Shown: positions 40,370 to 49,218, numbered from the stretch's first letter. The stretch is DNA of 64,000 nucleotides from Minisyncoccota bacterium (GCA_020059045.1 JAGVCW010000029.1:39469-103468), one strand, 5' to 3'. Translations and numbers: made by a program. Notes: generated by a model from the sequence alone, not told the origin.

Positions 40370-40511
40370 GGTAGCCTCGGTGTATGTGGTTGTGTGTTCT
40401 GTGTATAGTATAGCATACCATACTCATAAAGTCAATATCTAAATAGTGCCTAAAAATATGGTTATTTTGACTTAAATTGTAAGACATAGGATTTATGACT
40501 TATGCTAAAAT

Positions 40512-41339
40512 TTGACTATGGCAAGAAAGAAATTTCCAATAGAACACTGGAGCTATTCTTCGTTAGTAACTTATCTTAGAAATCCACTGGCCTGGTATAA
40601 GCGATATGTGGAAGGTGTGTACGATATACCAGGCACATCATCATCAGTTCTGGGGCGCGCTGGTCACAAGGCACTCGAACATTTTTACAGTGGTGCGCCG
40701 CTCGAAGTTGCCATTCAACTTGGCTTGGAATATTTGCAGTCTGTGCCAGATTACGAAATAAACTTGGGTCAGTTTGCGACCGTTAAGGCTAAGAAAGTTA
40801 GAAGAAAGATGATGGAGGCAGAGTATAAGCAGGCAATCAACTTTTATCTTGAAAGGCCGCCTAGACACAAGGTCTTGGGTGTGGAAGTAAAGAAAACTAC
40901 ACGAATTCCTGGAATAGATATTCCAATAAAAGCCATATCAGATCTAGTGGTGGTTTCAAGTATAGATAAAAATGCTGTAGATATTGTCGACCACAAGTTT
41001 GTAGCGTCTTTTAGCGGAGAGGAGATCAACAACCCACTTTTTGTAATACAGGCACTCTTCAATTACTACACGGTGCTTTCTGAATTCAATAGGCCAGTAA
41101 AACGGTTTATAGTTTATGAATGCAAGAAAACGAAAAACAAAAACGGCAAACCCCAGCTAAGAAAGAATGTAATTGACTTTATGAAACACAAAGACGAATT
41201 TGAACTTTTTTACCGTCTCTTGCGCGATGCTACTAAGGATATTCGAACACGCAAGGTATTTCTACCGAACCCCTCAGACATTTTTGAGGGCAAGGACTCA
41301 CTAGATATTTATCGTTGGAATCTCGTGGATAGGGCTTAA
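40512..41339 (+). CDS. Stand-alone RecB-family PD-(D/E)XK nuclease (Cas4/AddB-nuclease-like fold without a Cys cluster)
   Basis: N-terminal SYSSLVTYLRNP…WY motif, GRAGHKALEHFY (G.a.H..lE), D…VDIVDHK ((D/E)xK) and QALFNYY (QhxxY) motifs. No C-terminal Cys-x-Cys. Confidence 0.55.
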   Translation: MTMARKKFPIEHWSYSSLVTYLRNPLAWYKRYVEGVYDIPGTSSSVLGRAGHKALEHFYSGAPLEVAIQLGLEYLQSVPDYEINLGQFATVKAKKVRRKMMEAEYKQAINFYLERPPRHKVLGVEVKKTTRIPGIDIPIKAISDLVVVSSIDKNAVDIVDHKFVASFSGEEINNPLFVIQALFNYYTVLSEFNRPVKRFIVYECKKTKNKNGKPQLRKNVIDFMKHKDEFELFYRLLRDATKDIRTRKVFLPNPSDIFEGKDSLDIYRWNLVDRA

Positions 41340-42058
41340 TTTGCAAGAGCCGCGTCTATTATAGATTTCAAAGTATCAAACGGCTGGTCACCCTCTAGAG
41401 TCACTTGCTCGCCACTTCTTGTCACTATGATCGATGATGGCGTGCCCTTGGATCCTGCTCTTATTGCGTCTTGTATACTTTCAAGCACTTTGTTTGCATG
41501 TCGGCCACTCTCGAAGCACTCTGTGAAATCATCTAGGTCTACGCCAACGGAAACTGCAAGAAGAGGGAGCTCCGCAGGGTCTAAACTGTCGTTTGAATTG
41601 GTCTTTTCAAATATTGCGTCAAGATACTCCCAGAATTTGTCGTTACCACCAAGCTCGGCAACACACTCTGTAGCTTCTGCTTCCTTGCGAGCTCTAGCGT
41701 GAAGCTGATCAATGGGGAACTGTCTGTATACCCAAGCGACGTTGCCATCTTTGCCATAACTTTCCATTATTCTGTGCATTGTCTTGTGGAAGGATTTGCA
41801 AAATGGGCATTCGGTATCTGAGTACTCAACTACAAATACCTCAGCATTTGGGTTGCCAAGTATGTGGTCCTCGGATGTCACAGGTTTCATCTTGCTATCG
41901 GATATGCCAGAAATTCCACTGTTTTGGGTTAGAGGCTTTGGAGGGTTCGTGCTTGAGAAATAAATTCCGGCACCTATGAGTAGACCTGAGATGATAATAG
42001 AAAAGGGAATGAGGAAAGGGCTTGGGCGTTCAAATGGTGGGTCTGGTTCACGATCCAT
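41336..42058 (-). CDS. DsbA-family thiol:disulfide oxidoreductase, membrane-anchored
   Basis: N-terminal TM helix. CPFC active site within a thioredoxin fold. Confidence 0.75.
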   Translation of the reverse strand: MDREPDPPFERPSPFLIPFSIIISGLLIGAGIYFSSTNPPKPLTQNSGISGISDSKMKPVTSEDHILGNPNAEVFVVEYSDTECPFCKSFHKTMHRIMESYGKDGNVAWVYRQFPIDQLHARARKEAEATECVAELGGNDKFWEYLDAIFEKTNSNDSLDPAELPLLAVSVGVDLDDFTECFESGRHANKVLESIQDAIRAGSKGTPSSIIVTRSGEQVTLEGDQPFDTLKSIIDAALAN

Positions 42059-42166
42059 AGTATTAGAGTTAAAAATATTGTAATGTTTTAAGCACCTTAT
42101 GCAATCTTCTATTTGTTAAGCAATGGTAGAATTATAACAACTAAAGTATTTATAACAACCAGTACA

Positions 42167-42958
42167 ATGAATTTCTTAGAAGCTATTATACTCGGGCTTA
42201 TCCAAGGTCTTACAGAATTCATACCAGTATCCTCGTCCGGCCACTTACTCTTAGTCCACGAGATACTGGGTAAGGGGTCACTTGACCTTGCAGTGGATGC
42301 TGTACTACAGCTCGCAACTGTACTTGCGGTTCTAATTTTTTTCCGCAATGAGATTGCAAGCCTTTCGAAATCTTTCGTTAAACTTATAACTAGGAAAGAG
42401 GTTGAGGCTACTGAAAAGACACTACTTTATGCAATGATACTTGGGACTCTGCCTGCAATACTACTCGGAATTATTTTGGAGGGCCAAATGGAAACACTCT
42501 TTCGGAACTCACACCTAGTGGCTTATGCACTTCTTGCGGGGAGTGCACTTATGTATCTTGCAGAAAAGATTGCTAAGCAAAATGGAAGTCTTACGGCAAG
42601 TAAAGGTTTGCTTATTGGGGTATTCCAAGCACTCGCACTTGTACCAGGTGTATCACGGTCTGGTGTTGTGATTTCAGGAGGACTGCTCGCAGGACTAAGT
42701 AGAGAGGCGGCAACTCGGTTTGGTTTTCTGCTATCGTTTCCAATCATTGCCATTTCTGGAATAAAGAAACTTATGGATCTATATGTCGGCGGAGAGATTA
42801 TTACGCTAGGCATGCCGCTTGTAGTATCTTTTTTAATCTCGTTTGTGGTAGGTCTCTGGGCAATAGGATTTCTAATCAAATATTTGAAAAACAATAGCCT
42901 GAACATATTTATCCTTTACAGGATTCTGCTTGCAGTTGGAATCTTCTTTTTTATTTAA
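42167..42958 (+). CDS. uppP: Undecaprenyl-diphosphatase
   Basis: MNFLEAIILGLIQGLTEFIPVSSSGH BacA/UppP signature. The ORF is open from 42113. Confidence 0.85.
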   Translation: MNFLEAIILGLIQGLTEFIPVSSSGHLLLVHEILGKGSLDLAVDAVLQLATVLAVLIFFRNEIASLSKSFVKLITRKEVEATEKTLLYAMILGTLPAILLGIILEGQMETLFRNSHLVAYALLAGSALMYLAEKIAKQNGSLTASKGLLIGVFQALALVPGVSRSGVVISGGLLAGLSREAATRFGFLLSFPIIAISGIKKLMDLYVGGEIITLGMPLVVSFLISFVVGLWAIGFLIKYLKNNSLNIFILYRILLAVGIFFFI

Positions 42959-42998
42959 AAAACTAGCCATATTGGCTAGTGATACTTGGGCTCAAGTG

Positions 42999-43418
42999 CT
43001 AAGGACGGCAGTCACCTACGAGGTCCACATCATCTCCTTGCCTTTCAACTTTCTTAATTCCAGGACAGGGAGGAGAGGGGAGATTATAAACCGCAATAAG
43101 TCTAAGCGCGTTGTTGTGTATGCCTAAAACGTAATAGCTATCTGACCCAGTCATCATGGGTTTCGCGTAGAATATTTCTAAGATGTCGTCTTGTTTCAGA
43201 ATGCCCTGATCAACCGCACGTCCAATTGCTTCGTTCCTACCTTCTATGTGGCCGTATATTCCAGAACAGAGACCAGTAAACATCAAAATAAACACTACCA
43301 TAAGGATCCGAACGCCAGCGATTTGATCTTTTGCTCCCAAATAAAGACCAATTGAAAGTAGAAATACTAGCACTATGGCAAGCGACATGGCCGTGTCCCC
43401 CTTATGATGAGTGAACAA
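42999..43418 (-). CDS. Membrane-anchored protein, PCPGIK-Cys family paralog 1
   Basis: Two N-terminal TM helices. C-terminal …YYVLGIHNN…LPSPPCPGIKKVE…LVGDC. Confidence 0.5.
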   Translation of the reverse strand: MFTHHKGDTAMSLAIVLVFLLSIGLYLGAKDQIAGVRILMVVFILMFTGLCSGIYGHIEGRNEAIGRAVDQGILKQDDILEIFYAKPMMTGSDSYYVLGIHNNALRLIAVYNLPSPPCPGIKKVERQGDDVDLVGDCRP

Positions 43419-43498
43419 CTTTCAGTATAATATCATATAAATTAGGTCTGTGCAATAGAATAAATAAAAAACCGGCTGGTCTGCCGGAAAGTGTACTG

Positions 43499-43963
43499 TT
43501 ATGTTTTACATGGACCTACGAGACGGACTATGCCTTTATCTTTTTCTACCGTTTTAATCCCAGGACATGGTTCTTCAAATGAGCCTGGTAAGTACAAGAG
43601 AAGTATTTTGTTCTTGTGGTAGCCAACAATATAGTATCCAGTAAAGTTTGGACCACTGGTAAAACTTTGCAGGAGTTCAAACTGGTCACCGTTCCCTAGA
43701 ATATCTACGGAGCCTACATAGCCAGCCTTCCTGAGACCGTCATTGAAGGCAAAGTGGAGTGATAGATATATCCCAATAAACATAACAACCATCGCAACCA
43801 CAAGCCTGAGAGCTAATTTATCTGCGACTTGTACAGCAACATGACATGTAAGTAAGAAACCCAGCATCACGATCGCAACGGCAATCCACGCTAAGTACAT
43901 GTGAACTCCATGAAAAGGAAGAACTGCTAAATGCAAAATATCACAAAATTTGAGAAGACGCAA
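43499..43963 (-). CDS. Membrane-anchored protein, PCPGIK-Cys family paralog 2
   Basis: …YYIVGYHKNKILLLYLPGSFEEPCPGIKTVE…LVGPC. Weak terminator hairpin at 43465-43489. Confidence 0.5.
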   Translation of the reverse strand: MRLLKFCDILHLAVLPFHGVHMYLAWIAVAIVMLGFLLTCHVAVQVADKLALRLVVAMVVMFIGIYLSLHFAFNDGLRKAGYVGSVDILGNGDQFELLQSFTSGPNFTGYYIVGYHKNKILLLYLPGSFEEPCPGIKTVEKDKGIVRLVGPCKT

Positions 43964-44635
43964 GTACTAAAATTCGGTACTTATCCCCTCATTGCAAGGA
44001 ACCAAAGATTTCGTGCTATATTTAAAAAGATGAAAGAAACTTACAGGATGTGGCAGATTGTCCGCCATTTTAAGAAGATAGAGCTTCTGATAGTAGGGTG
44101 GGATGAGATAAAGATTCAAAGAGAACCAAATGATAAGCTGGAATTACCTGACTATGTCCAGAAACTCACAAATGTTTTAATGCAAACTAGAGATCCTCGA
44201 ACTCATCGGTCTAGCTTAGCCCAACACTTTGGTATTGATAGATACACTAAGAAGTATCCCATGACTAAGGAATTTATGAAGAAATTTGGTGCAATGGAAC
44301 AGAAGGAAAAGGATAAATATAATAATTTAACAAGGAAATTTATTGAGGATGCACAGTTGAGGATAGGGAGTTGTATAGACGCTGGGTATATCAAGGAAGA
44401 CAGCGAAGATTCTAGAGATATTTATCTTCCTCTAAAGGGAAAAAAATTTGCCACTGTTTCTGGTCTTATAAATGCGTGGGGTGATGACATTAGTAGTATT
44501 CTAGGTTCATGGAGGGTTGCAATCATTGCCATTACAGGAACATCAGCAGTATTTAATTTAGATTGGATTATTAACAAGATCATTGTTATAACATGCAAAA
44601 TATACCCTGTGTTAAACTGGTGTAGTAATATATAA
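43931..44635 (+). CDS. Hypothetical protein
   Basis: 234-aa ORF. Its 5' end overlaps paralog 2, so the true start may be internal (for example 44030). Confidence 0.35.
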   Translation: MQNITKFEKTQVLKFGTYPLIARNQRFRAIFKKMKETYRMWQIVRHFKKIELLIVGWDEIKIQREPNDKLELPDYVQKLTNVLMQTRDPRTHRSSLAQHFGIDRYTKKYPMTKEFMKKFGAMEQKEKDKYNNLTRKFIEDAQLRIGSCIDAGYIKEDSEDSRDIYLPLKGKKFATVSGLINAWGDDISSILGSWRVAIIAITGTSAVFNLDWIINKIIVITCKIYPVLNWCSNI

Positions 44636-44640
44636 ATTAT

Positions 44641-44772
44641 ATGGACGACAACAATTATTTAAATTATATAAACCAGAATATTCAGCAAGTATCACGCAGA
44701 ATGGAGTATGTCTACATTCTTTTAGGTCTTATTTTGATATTGGGGATTATAGCTCTAGTGCATTTTTGGTGA
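44641..44772 (+). CDS. Small single-TM protein (43 aa)
   Basis: MDDNNYLNYINQNIQQVSRRMEYVYILLGLILILGIIALVHFW. Below the ORF-track length cutoff. Confidence 0.25.
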   Translation: MDDNNYLNYINQNIQQVSRRMEYVYILLGLILILGIIALVHFW

Positions 44773-44859
44773 ATTGTTCCCATGCAACAATTTGTTGCCT
44801 TTCGTATGTTGGTTGGAGTATAATATAAATACACAAAAGAAAACTCGCTGGCGGGCCCA

Positions 44860-45315
44860 CCAGACGAGTCTTCTCAACACTGGCCGATGTTTACTTCCTA
44901 GCTCTGGTGAAAACCAGAGCTTTGCGTTTTAGGAGTTAAGCAGGAACGCACATAGGCCAACCCCTTAGACCATATTGGTATGAGTCTAGAAGTCTCCCAT
45001 TTACTTTCCTGAACCTCCTAAAGATTAACTTGTACCCGAGGGGACAAGTATTCTTGTAAGTTGCCAAAGTAATTTTGGTTAAACCAGTAATTACTCGGAC
45101 GGCGCCGTACAAGTTTGCTTCTTTCTTACGAAAAAAGCTCCACTGACCGGTGCTTGAGGTCGAAAACGGTTACCCGCTAACGACCCTGCGCTATGCAGAG
45201 CCTTTCGACCCTGCAAGCACCCGTCACTGAAGCCTTTCGCTTTCGCTAGAACCCTTTGTCACGAGCACTGGCAACAACACCGGTCACCTTTCTTGCTATG
45301 CATTAACCAAAGGTA
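44860..45315 (-). ncRNA. Structured noncoding RNA with its own promoter and terminator; candidate RNase P RNA
   Basis: No ORF on either strand. Minus-strand promoter TTGCTT-17-TATAAT at 45321-45349. 3' hairpin plus U-run near 44840-44870. Internal GAAAGGCUCUGCAUAGCGCAGGGU…GCGGGUAACCG resembles the RNase P P4/P5-region consensus (GGAAAG…GCUCCAUAGGGCAGGGU…GGUAAC). Confidence 0.4.
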
Positions 45316-45320
45316 ACTCT

Positions 45321-45349
45321 ATTATAGCAAATTTTTTCCTGTAAAGCAA
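45321..45349 (-). promoter_or_regulatory. Sigma-70-type promoter driving the ncRNA
   Basis: Minus-strand TTGCTT, 17-nt spacer, TATAAT. Confidence 0.55.
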
Positions 45350-45359
45350 TCAAGATGTG

Positions 45360-46300
45360 GTAAGATTTCCACATGTCTGAAGAAAAATTCCGTAGATTAC
45401 TTGGAAAAGCTATCGGGAAGCCCGTTGAACTAAAGTCTGGAAAACGGGTATTGGGGAAAGTCTCTGATTATAGCGGAAAGCGAACTCGTCCACATAAGCT
45501 TGGAGGTGTTTCGCAGAAACGAAGTGGTAAGTCCCGCGGATAGAGCGTTTTAGCTGTCCCCAGAATCCCTCTATCGTGTTTGTGTGAATACCACCTCTAA
45601 CATACTCTCTCCTAGCGTGCTGGACGGACTGATTTTCATAGCCGATCTTGGGAAGCTTTGCATATACTAGAAACTCATCTGTCATAATGGTTGCATCCTT
45701 TGAGATATTGGCCTTAATCTTGCCGAGCATTATGTGAGTTTCCCTTGCACCGATTTTGTGCGCTCTAACTTTACCCTGTCTTTCTACCATTCCCATTAAA
45801 GCGGACTTGTTCTTAAACTTTGTAGCGTGAGTGCCCTTCTTTCCAAAGTAAGTCTCATCAACTTCAACTGTACCAGTTAAAAGGTTGCCGTCTTGCTCCA
45901 TGAGCTTTCTGATTTGAGTACCTATTCTCCAAGCACACTTATAGGTAACACCGAAGTGTCTTTGTAGCTCCTTAGCAGAGATGCCATTCTTGGCGATAGA
46001 GAAAAGGAAGATAGCCTCAAACCAAACTGTGAGAGGAGTAGAGGACTTCTTGAAGATAGTATCAGCCAGAGGGTGTATCTGGTGGCCAGCAGAATTAGTC
46101 CAGCACTTTCGGCCAGCGGTGCGGTAGTAGCCCTTTACGCTAGGGTACTTCTCTTTGAAAAGGTGGTTTAGGCACTTCTCCTCTGTCCCAAATTCCTTCC
46201 TAAAATCTTTAATGTTGTATTTCATTGCTAATTGGCTATCTACCTTGTAATACAGCCATTCTAGCAAACCCCTACTTGTTGTCAAGGGATAAGTACCTAA
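45360..46300 (-). mobile_element. IS1595-family insertion sequence (ends not defined)
   Basis: Single transposase gene with short flanks. Terminal inverted repeats could not be identified by eye. Confidence 0.4.
45410..46225 (-). CDS. IS1595-family (ISXO2-like) DDE transposase
   Basis: ISXO2-like transposase blocks …TDEFLVY…NTIEGFWGQLKR…YVDEFAFRYN. The ORF is open to 46285. Confidence 0.85.
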   Translation of the reverse strand: MKYNIKDFRKEFGTEEKCLNHLFKEKYPSVKGYYRTAGRKCWTNSAGHQIHPLADTIFKKSSTPLTVWFEAIFLFSIAKNGISAKELQRHFGVTYKCAWRIGTQIRKLMEQDGNLLTGTVEVDETYFGKKGTHATKFKNKSALMGMVERQGKVRAHKIGARETHIMLGKIKANISKDATIMTDEFLVYAKLPKIGYENQSVQHARREYVRGGIHTNTIEGFWGQLKRSIRGTYHFVSAKHLQAYVDEFAFRYNQRLSPIPVFQTLVQRASR

Positions 46301-46305
46301 AATTC

Positions 46306-46332
46306 AATAAAAAACCGATCTGTAGATCGGTG
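46306..46332 (-). terminator. Rho-independent terminator (minus strand)
   Basis: ACCGATC-TGTA-GATCGGT with an A6 run on the plus strand. Directly 3' of the gene at 46333. Confidence 0.7.
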
Positions 46333-46761
46333 TTACGGAATCGTGCCACAACTTGTTTCCCGACCGAGGTCAGGGATGAAAGTGGCAGTGCTTGTCGAGG
46401 GCTTCTTCACTGTATAGACTCCGCTACATAATGTGCTATCGAGAGGTATTAGTAGTAGCCTGCGCTCACCCCTTACAATTATGTGCAGGTAGTACATAAG
46501 AGAGTCGCGTTGTGAGATTTCACTAAATCTTACGTCAACACTCTCTCCATTCCTCAATGTTTCAGCACCCGCCGGTAAGCCGTAAGCTCGGGATTGGCCC
46601 CATTTGTAGGCAAGAAGTAGGGTGCCACAGAAGAACGCTAATACCCCAAAACAGGTTCTGAAGTTGACCACTCCTCCAAATTTCAATCCGGCCTTGTAGC
46701 CATATACAGTGAGAACTGAGCCAAGCACAATCATGGCTAGTGCTACGTAATACTCGAACAT
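46333..46761 (-). CDS. Membrane-anchored protein, PCPGIK-Cys family paralog 3 (divergent)
   Basis: Two TM helices. C-terminal …YYLHIIVRGERRLLLIPLDSTLCSGVYTVKK…FIPD…C aligns to paralogs 1 and 2. Confidence 0.5.
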   Translation of the reverse strand: MFEYYVALAMIVLGSVLTVYGYKAGLKFGGVVNFRTCFGVLAFFCGTLLLAYKWGQSRAYGLPAGAETLRNGESVDVRFSEISQRDSLMYYLHIIVRGERRLLLIPLDSTLCSGVYTVKKPSTSTATFIPDLGRETSCGTIP

Positions 46762-46838
46762 GTATCACCCAATGGTTAGGGGATTAGGGTTAGAACTATA
46801 CTTCTAAAACCATAACATTTTTATAAAAAAATGCAATA

Positions 46839-47414
46839 TTAAAAGGGCAGTGTGTGAGTGATGGCAGAATCGGAAGGTGTTTCCCACCGAGAGGTGTCGA
46901 GGGGGATTATGTTTATAATGCCACCTTCCTTGAACTTGAGGTGGTTGTGCAGGAGCGCGTACTCATAAATGGCTTTTGTAATCTTCACATCATCGGTGCA
47001 ATAAGAGACTACTTTGTCGTACTCACCGCGTTTCCACCACACTGTGGATTGTAAACCACCACCTGACTTGTTTATCCCGAGAGTTCCTTCGGCTATCTGA
47101 TCTAGCTTCATTCTCCGGCCGTATGACTTCTTGATTTCTTTCAAAATATCGAGACTTCTCACTTTCGTAAGGTCTCCAGAGTAGTACTTATTTAAAAGAG
47201 GAATATCAAAGTGCTCTGTATTGAAGCCAACTAAAAGATCGGCTTTCTCAAGTATTTGCCAAAGGCGTGGGAGATCGGCCTCAAAAAAATGCTCATACAC
47301 ATCACGCTCTGAATCATGTATTACTACTACTGCAAGCTCGAGAGCGGCGGGGTCGCTAGATCCCACCTCTGCAAAAAAGTTTGTGGTTTCAATATCAAAT
47401 ACGATTTTTCTCAT
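46839..47414 (-). CDS. DEDD-family 3'-5' exonuclease (DnaQ-like, DEDDy type)
   Basis: Exo I VFDIETT, Exo II NTEHFDIPLL, Exo III YCTDDV. Confidence 0.7.
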   Translation of the reverse strand: MRKIVFDIETTNFFAEVGSSDPAALELAVVVIHDSERDVYEHFFEADLPRLWQILEKADLLVGFNTEHFDIPLLNKYYSGDLTKVRSLDILKEIKKSYGRRMKLDQIAEGTLGINKSGGGLQSTVWWKRGEYDKVVSYCTDDVKITKAIYEYALLHNHLKFKEGGIINIIPLDTSRWETPSDSAITHTLPF

Positions 47415-47508
47415 AACATATGACCATTAAATAGGGTCTCATTATATAGGAAATATAATTATATATAGACATTGCATTTATTGGAAAACAAGGGTAGAGT
47501 GTTTCAAA

Positions 47509-49050
47509 ATGGCCAAGAAAATAATAGAAATCGGGCCAGACAAACATCTCTTATTTCAACAAGTGAATGATGTTTCGTACGGTCTTTATGATGTGAAGCT
47601 TTCAGCAAAGGCAAAAGAAAAAGTAAAAAAATCTAGAGCTACAATTGAAAAAATGATAGCTGATAAGAAGGTTGTGTACGGAGTTACAACAGGATTTGGA
47701 AATTTTAAGGATAAAATAATTTCAGCAGACGACGTTGAGGAACTTCAAAAAAATTTAATTAGAAGTCACTCTGCTGGAGTAGGTGAGCTACTTTCTAATG
47801 AACAAGTAAGGGCGGCAATACTTGTGAGACTAAATTCTCTTATCCAAGGATATTCGGGGGTAAGAATAGAATTGGTTGAGTTTTTGTGCAAATTAATAAA
47901 CCTGGGCATAACCCCAGTGGTTCCTTCTCAAGGGTCGGTGGGTTCGTCCGGTGATCTTGCCCCTCTTTCGCACATTGCCCTTGTCCTTATGGGCGAGGGG
48001 ATGGCCTTTTACAAAGATAAATTAATGACAGGGAAAGATGCCCTAGCAAAAGCCGGGTTAAAACCACTTACGTTTGCAGCAAAAGAGGGACTTGCGTTTA
48101 ACAACGGTACATCTGTTATGACGGGAATTGCCGCACCAATTCTTGTGCGATCAAAGAAAATAATTGAACTTGCAGATATAGCATGTGCCTTGACCCTCGA
48201 AGCAGTGTGCGGTGTATCCGCAGCATTTGATGAGAGGATCCACAAACTACGTCCGCACCCAGGACAAATTGTTGCTGCTAAAAATATATTATCTTTTGTA
48301 TCTAAATCTCGACTGGTGGGTTCCTTCCCCAATAGAATACAGGATTCATATTCACTGAGATGTTCTCCACAAGTCCACGGAGCAATAAGGGATGCATATA
48401 GTTATGTTGAAAGTGTTTTAGAAATAGAGATTAACTCAGCTACAGATAATCCACTAATTTTCCCTGATCAAAAAGAAGTTCTTTCGGGCGGAAATTTCCA
48501 TGGAGAGCCGATTGCAATCAGTTTTGACACACTGGGTATTGCACTTTCTGAATTAGCAAATATATCGGAAAGAAGAATTGCAAAACTGGTAGACTCATCT
48601 ACAAGTAACGGCTTGCCAGCATTTTTGGTACCAATAAAGAATGCTGGGCTACATAGTGGATTTATGATTCCACAATATACTGCGGCATCGCTAGTATCTG
48701 AAAACAAAGTATTGGCGCATCCTGCTTCAGTAGACTCTATCCCAACATCAGCAAACCAGGAAGACCACGTCAGTATGGGAACAATAGCTGTGAGAAAATC
48801 ATTGAAAATTTTGGAAAATACTGAATATGTTATTGCAATTGAAATTCTCGCGGCATGCCAAGCGATTGATTTTAGAAACCAAGATCACTTAGGTGTTTAT
48901 ACTAAAAAGATTTATAAAATCGTTCGAGAGCAAATACCGTTTATGGCAAAGGACAGACAAATTTCTTTGGATATTGAAAAAACTAAATCGTTACTACCAA
49001 GAATTTTCAGCGAAATTGAAAAAATAAAGGCAAATAGAAATCGAAAGTAG
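47509..49050 (+). CDS. hutH: Histidine ammonia-lyase family (aromatic amino acid lyase; MIO triad Ser-Ser-Gly)
   Basis: GSVGSSGDLAPLSHIA; canonical HAL has ASG at this position. Full-length HAL/PAL fold. Confidence 0.8.
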   Translation: MAKKIIEIGPDKHLLFQQVNDVSYGLYDVKLSAKAKEKVKKSRATIEKMIADKKVVYGVTTGFGNFKDKIISADDVEELQKNLIRSHSAGVGELLSNEQVRAAILVRLNSLIQGYSGVRIELVEFLCKLINLGITPVVPSQGSVGSSGDLAPLSHIALVLMGEGMAFYKDKLMTGKDALAKAGLKPLTFAAKEGLAFNNGTSVMTGIAAPILVRSKKIIELADIACALTLEAVCGVSAAFDERIHKLRPHPGQIVAAKNILSFVSKSRLVGSFPNRIQDSYSLRCSPQVHGAIRDAYSYVESVLEIEINSATDNPLIFPDQKEVLSGGNFHGEPIAISFDTLGIALSELANISERRIAKLVDSSTSNGLPAFLVPIKNAGLHSGFMIPQYTAASLVSENKVLAHPASVDSIPTSANQEDHVSMGTIAVRKSLKILENTEYVIAIEILAACQAIDFRNQDHLGVYTKKIYKIVREQIPFMAKDRQISLDIEKTKSLLPRIFSEIEKIKANRNRK

Positions 49051-49218
49051 TATTAAAACTCTGAATATAAAGTATTGCCAATATACTTGCATAGTTTGGA
49101 TTTCCGAGCCACTTAGAACCACTTATTGACATTAGAGAGTCTTCATTATAGTTTTAAATTAGAAAGTTGCTTTGGCACAGAACGCTAATCTGCACGCTCA
49201 CAACGCTAGGAGGGAACA

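Noticed and set aside
39697-40487. Long ORFs 39697..40248(-), 40073..40348(+), 40080..40442(+), 40104..40487(-)
   Set aside because: They run across the repeated terminator hairpin (translated as …PPVTTTVVFF…) and the intergenic promoters. The shorter internal-Met readings give the three homologous two-TM peptides.
45360-45410. Inverted repeat ATGTGG…CCACAT as IS terminal IR
   Set aside because: It is a local 6-bp hairpin, not matched by a partner at the other end of the element near 46290. IS ends remain undefined.
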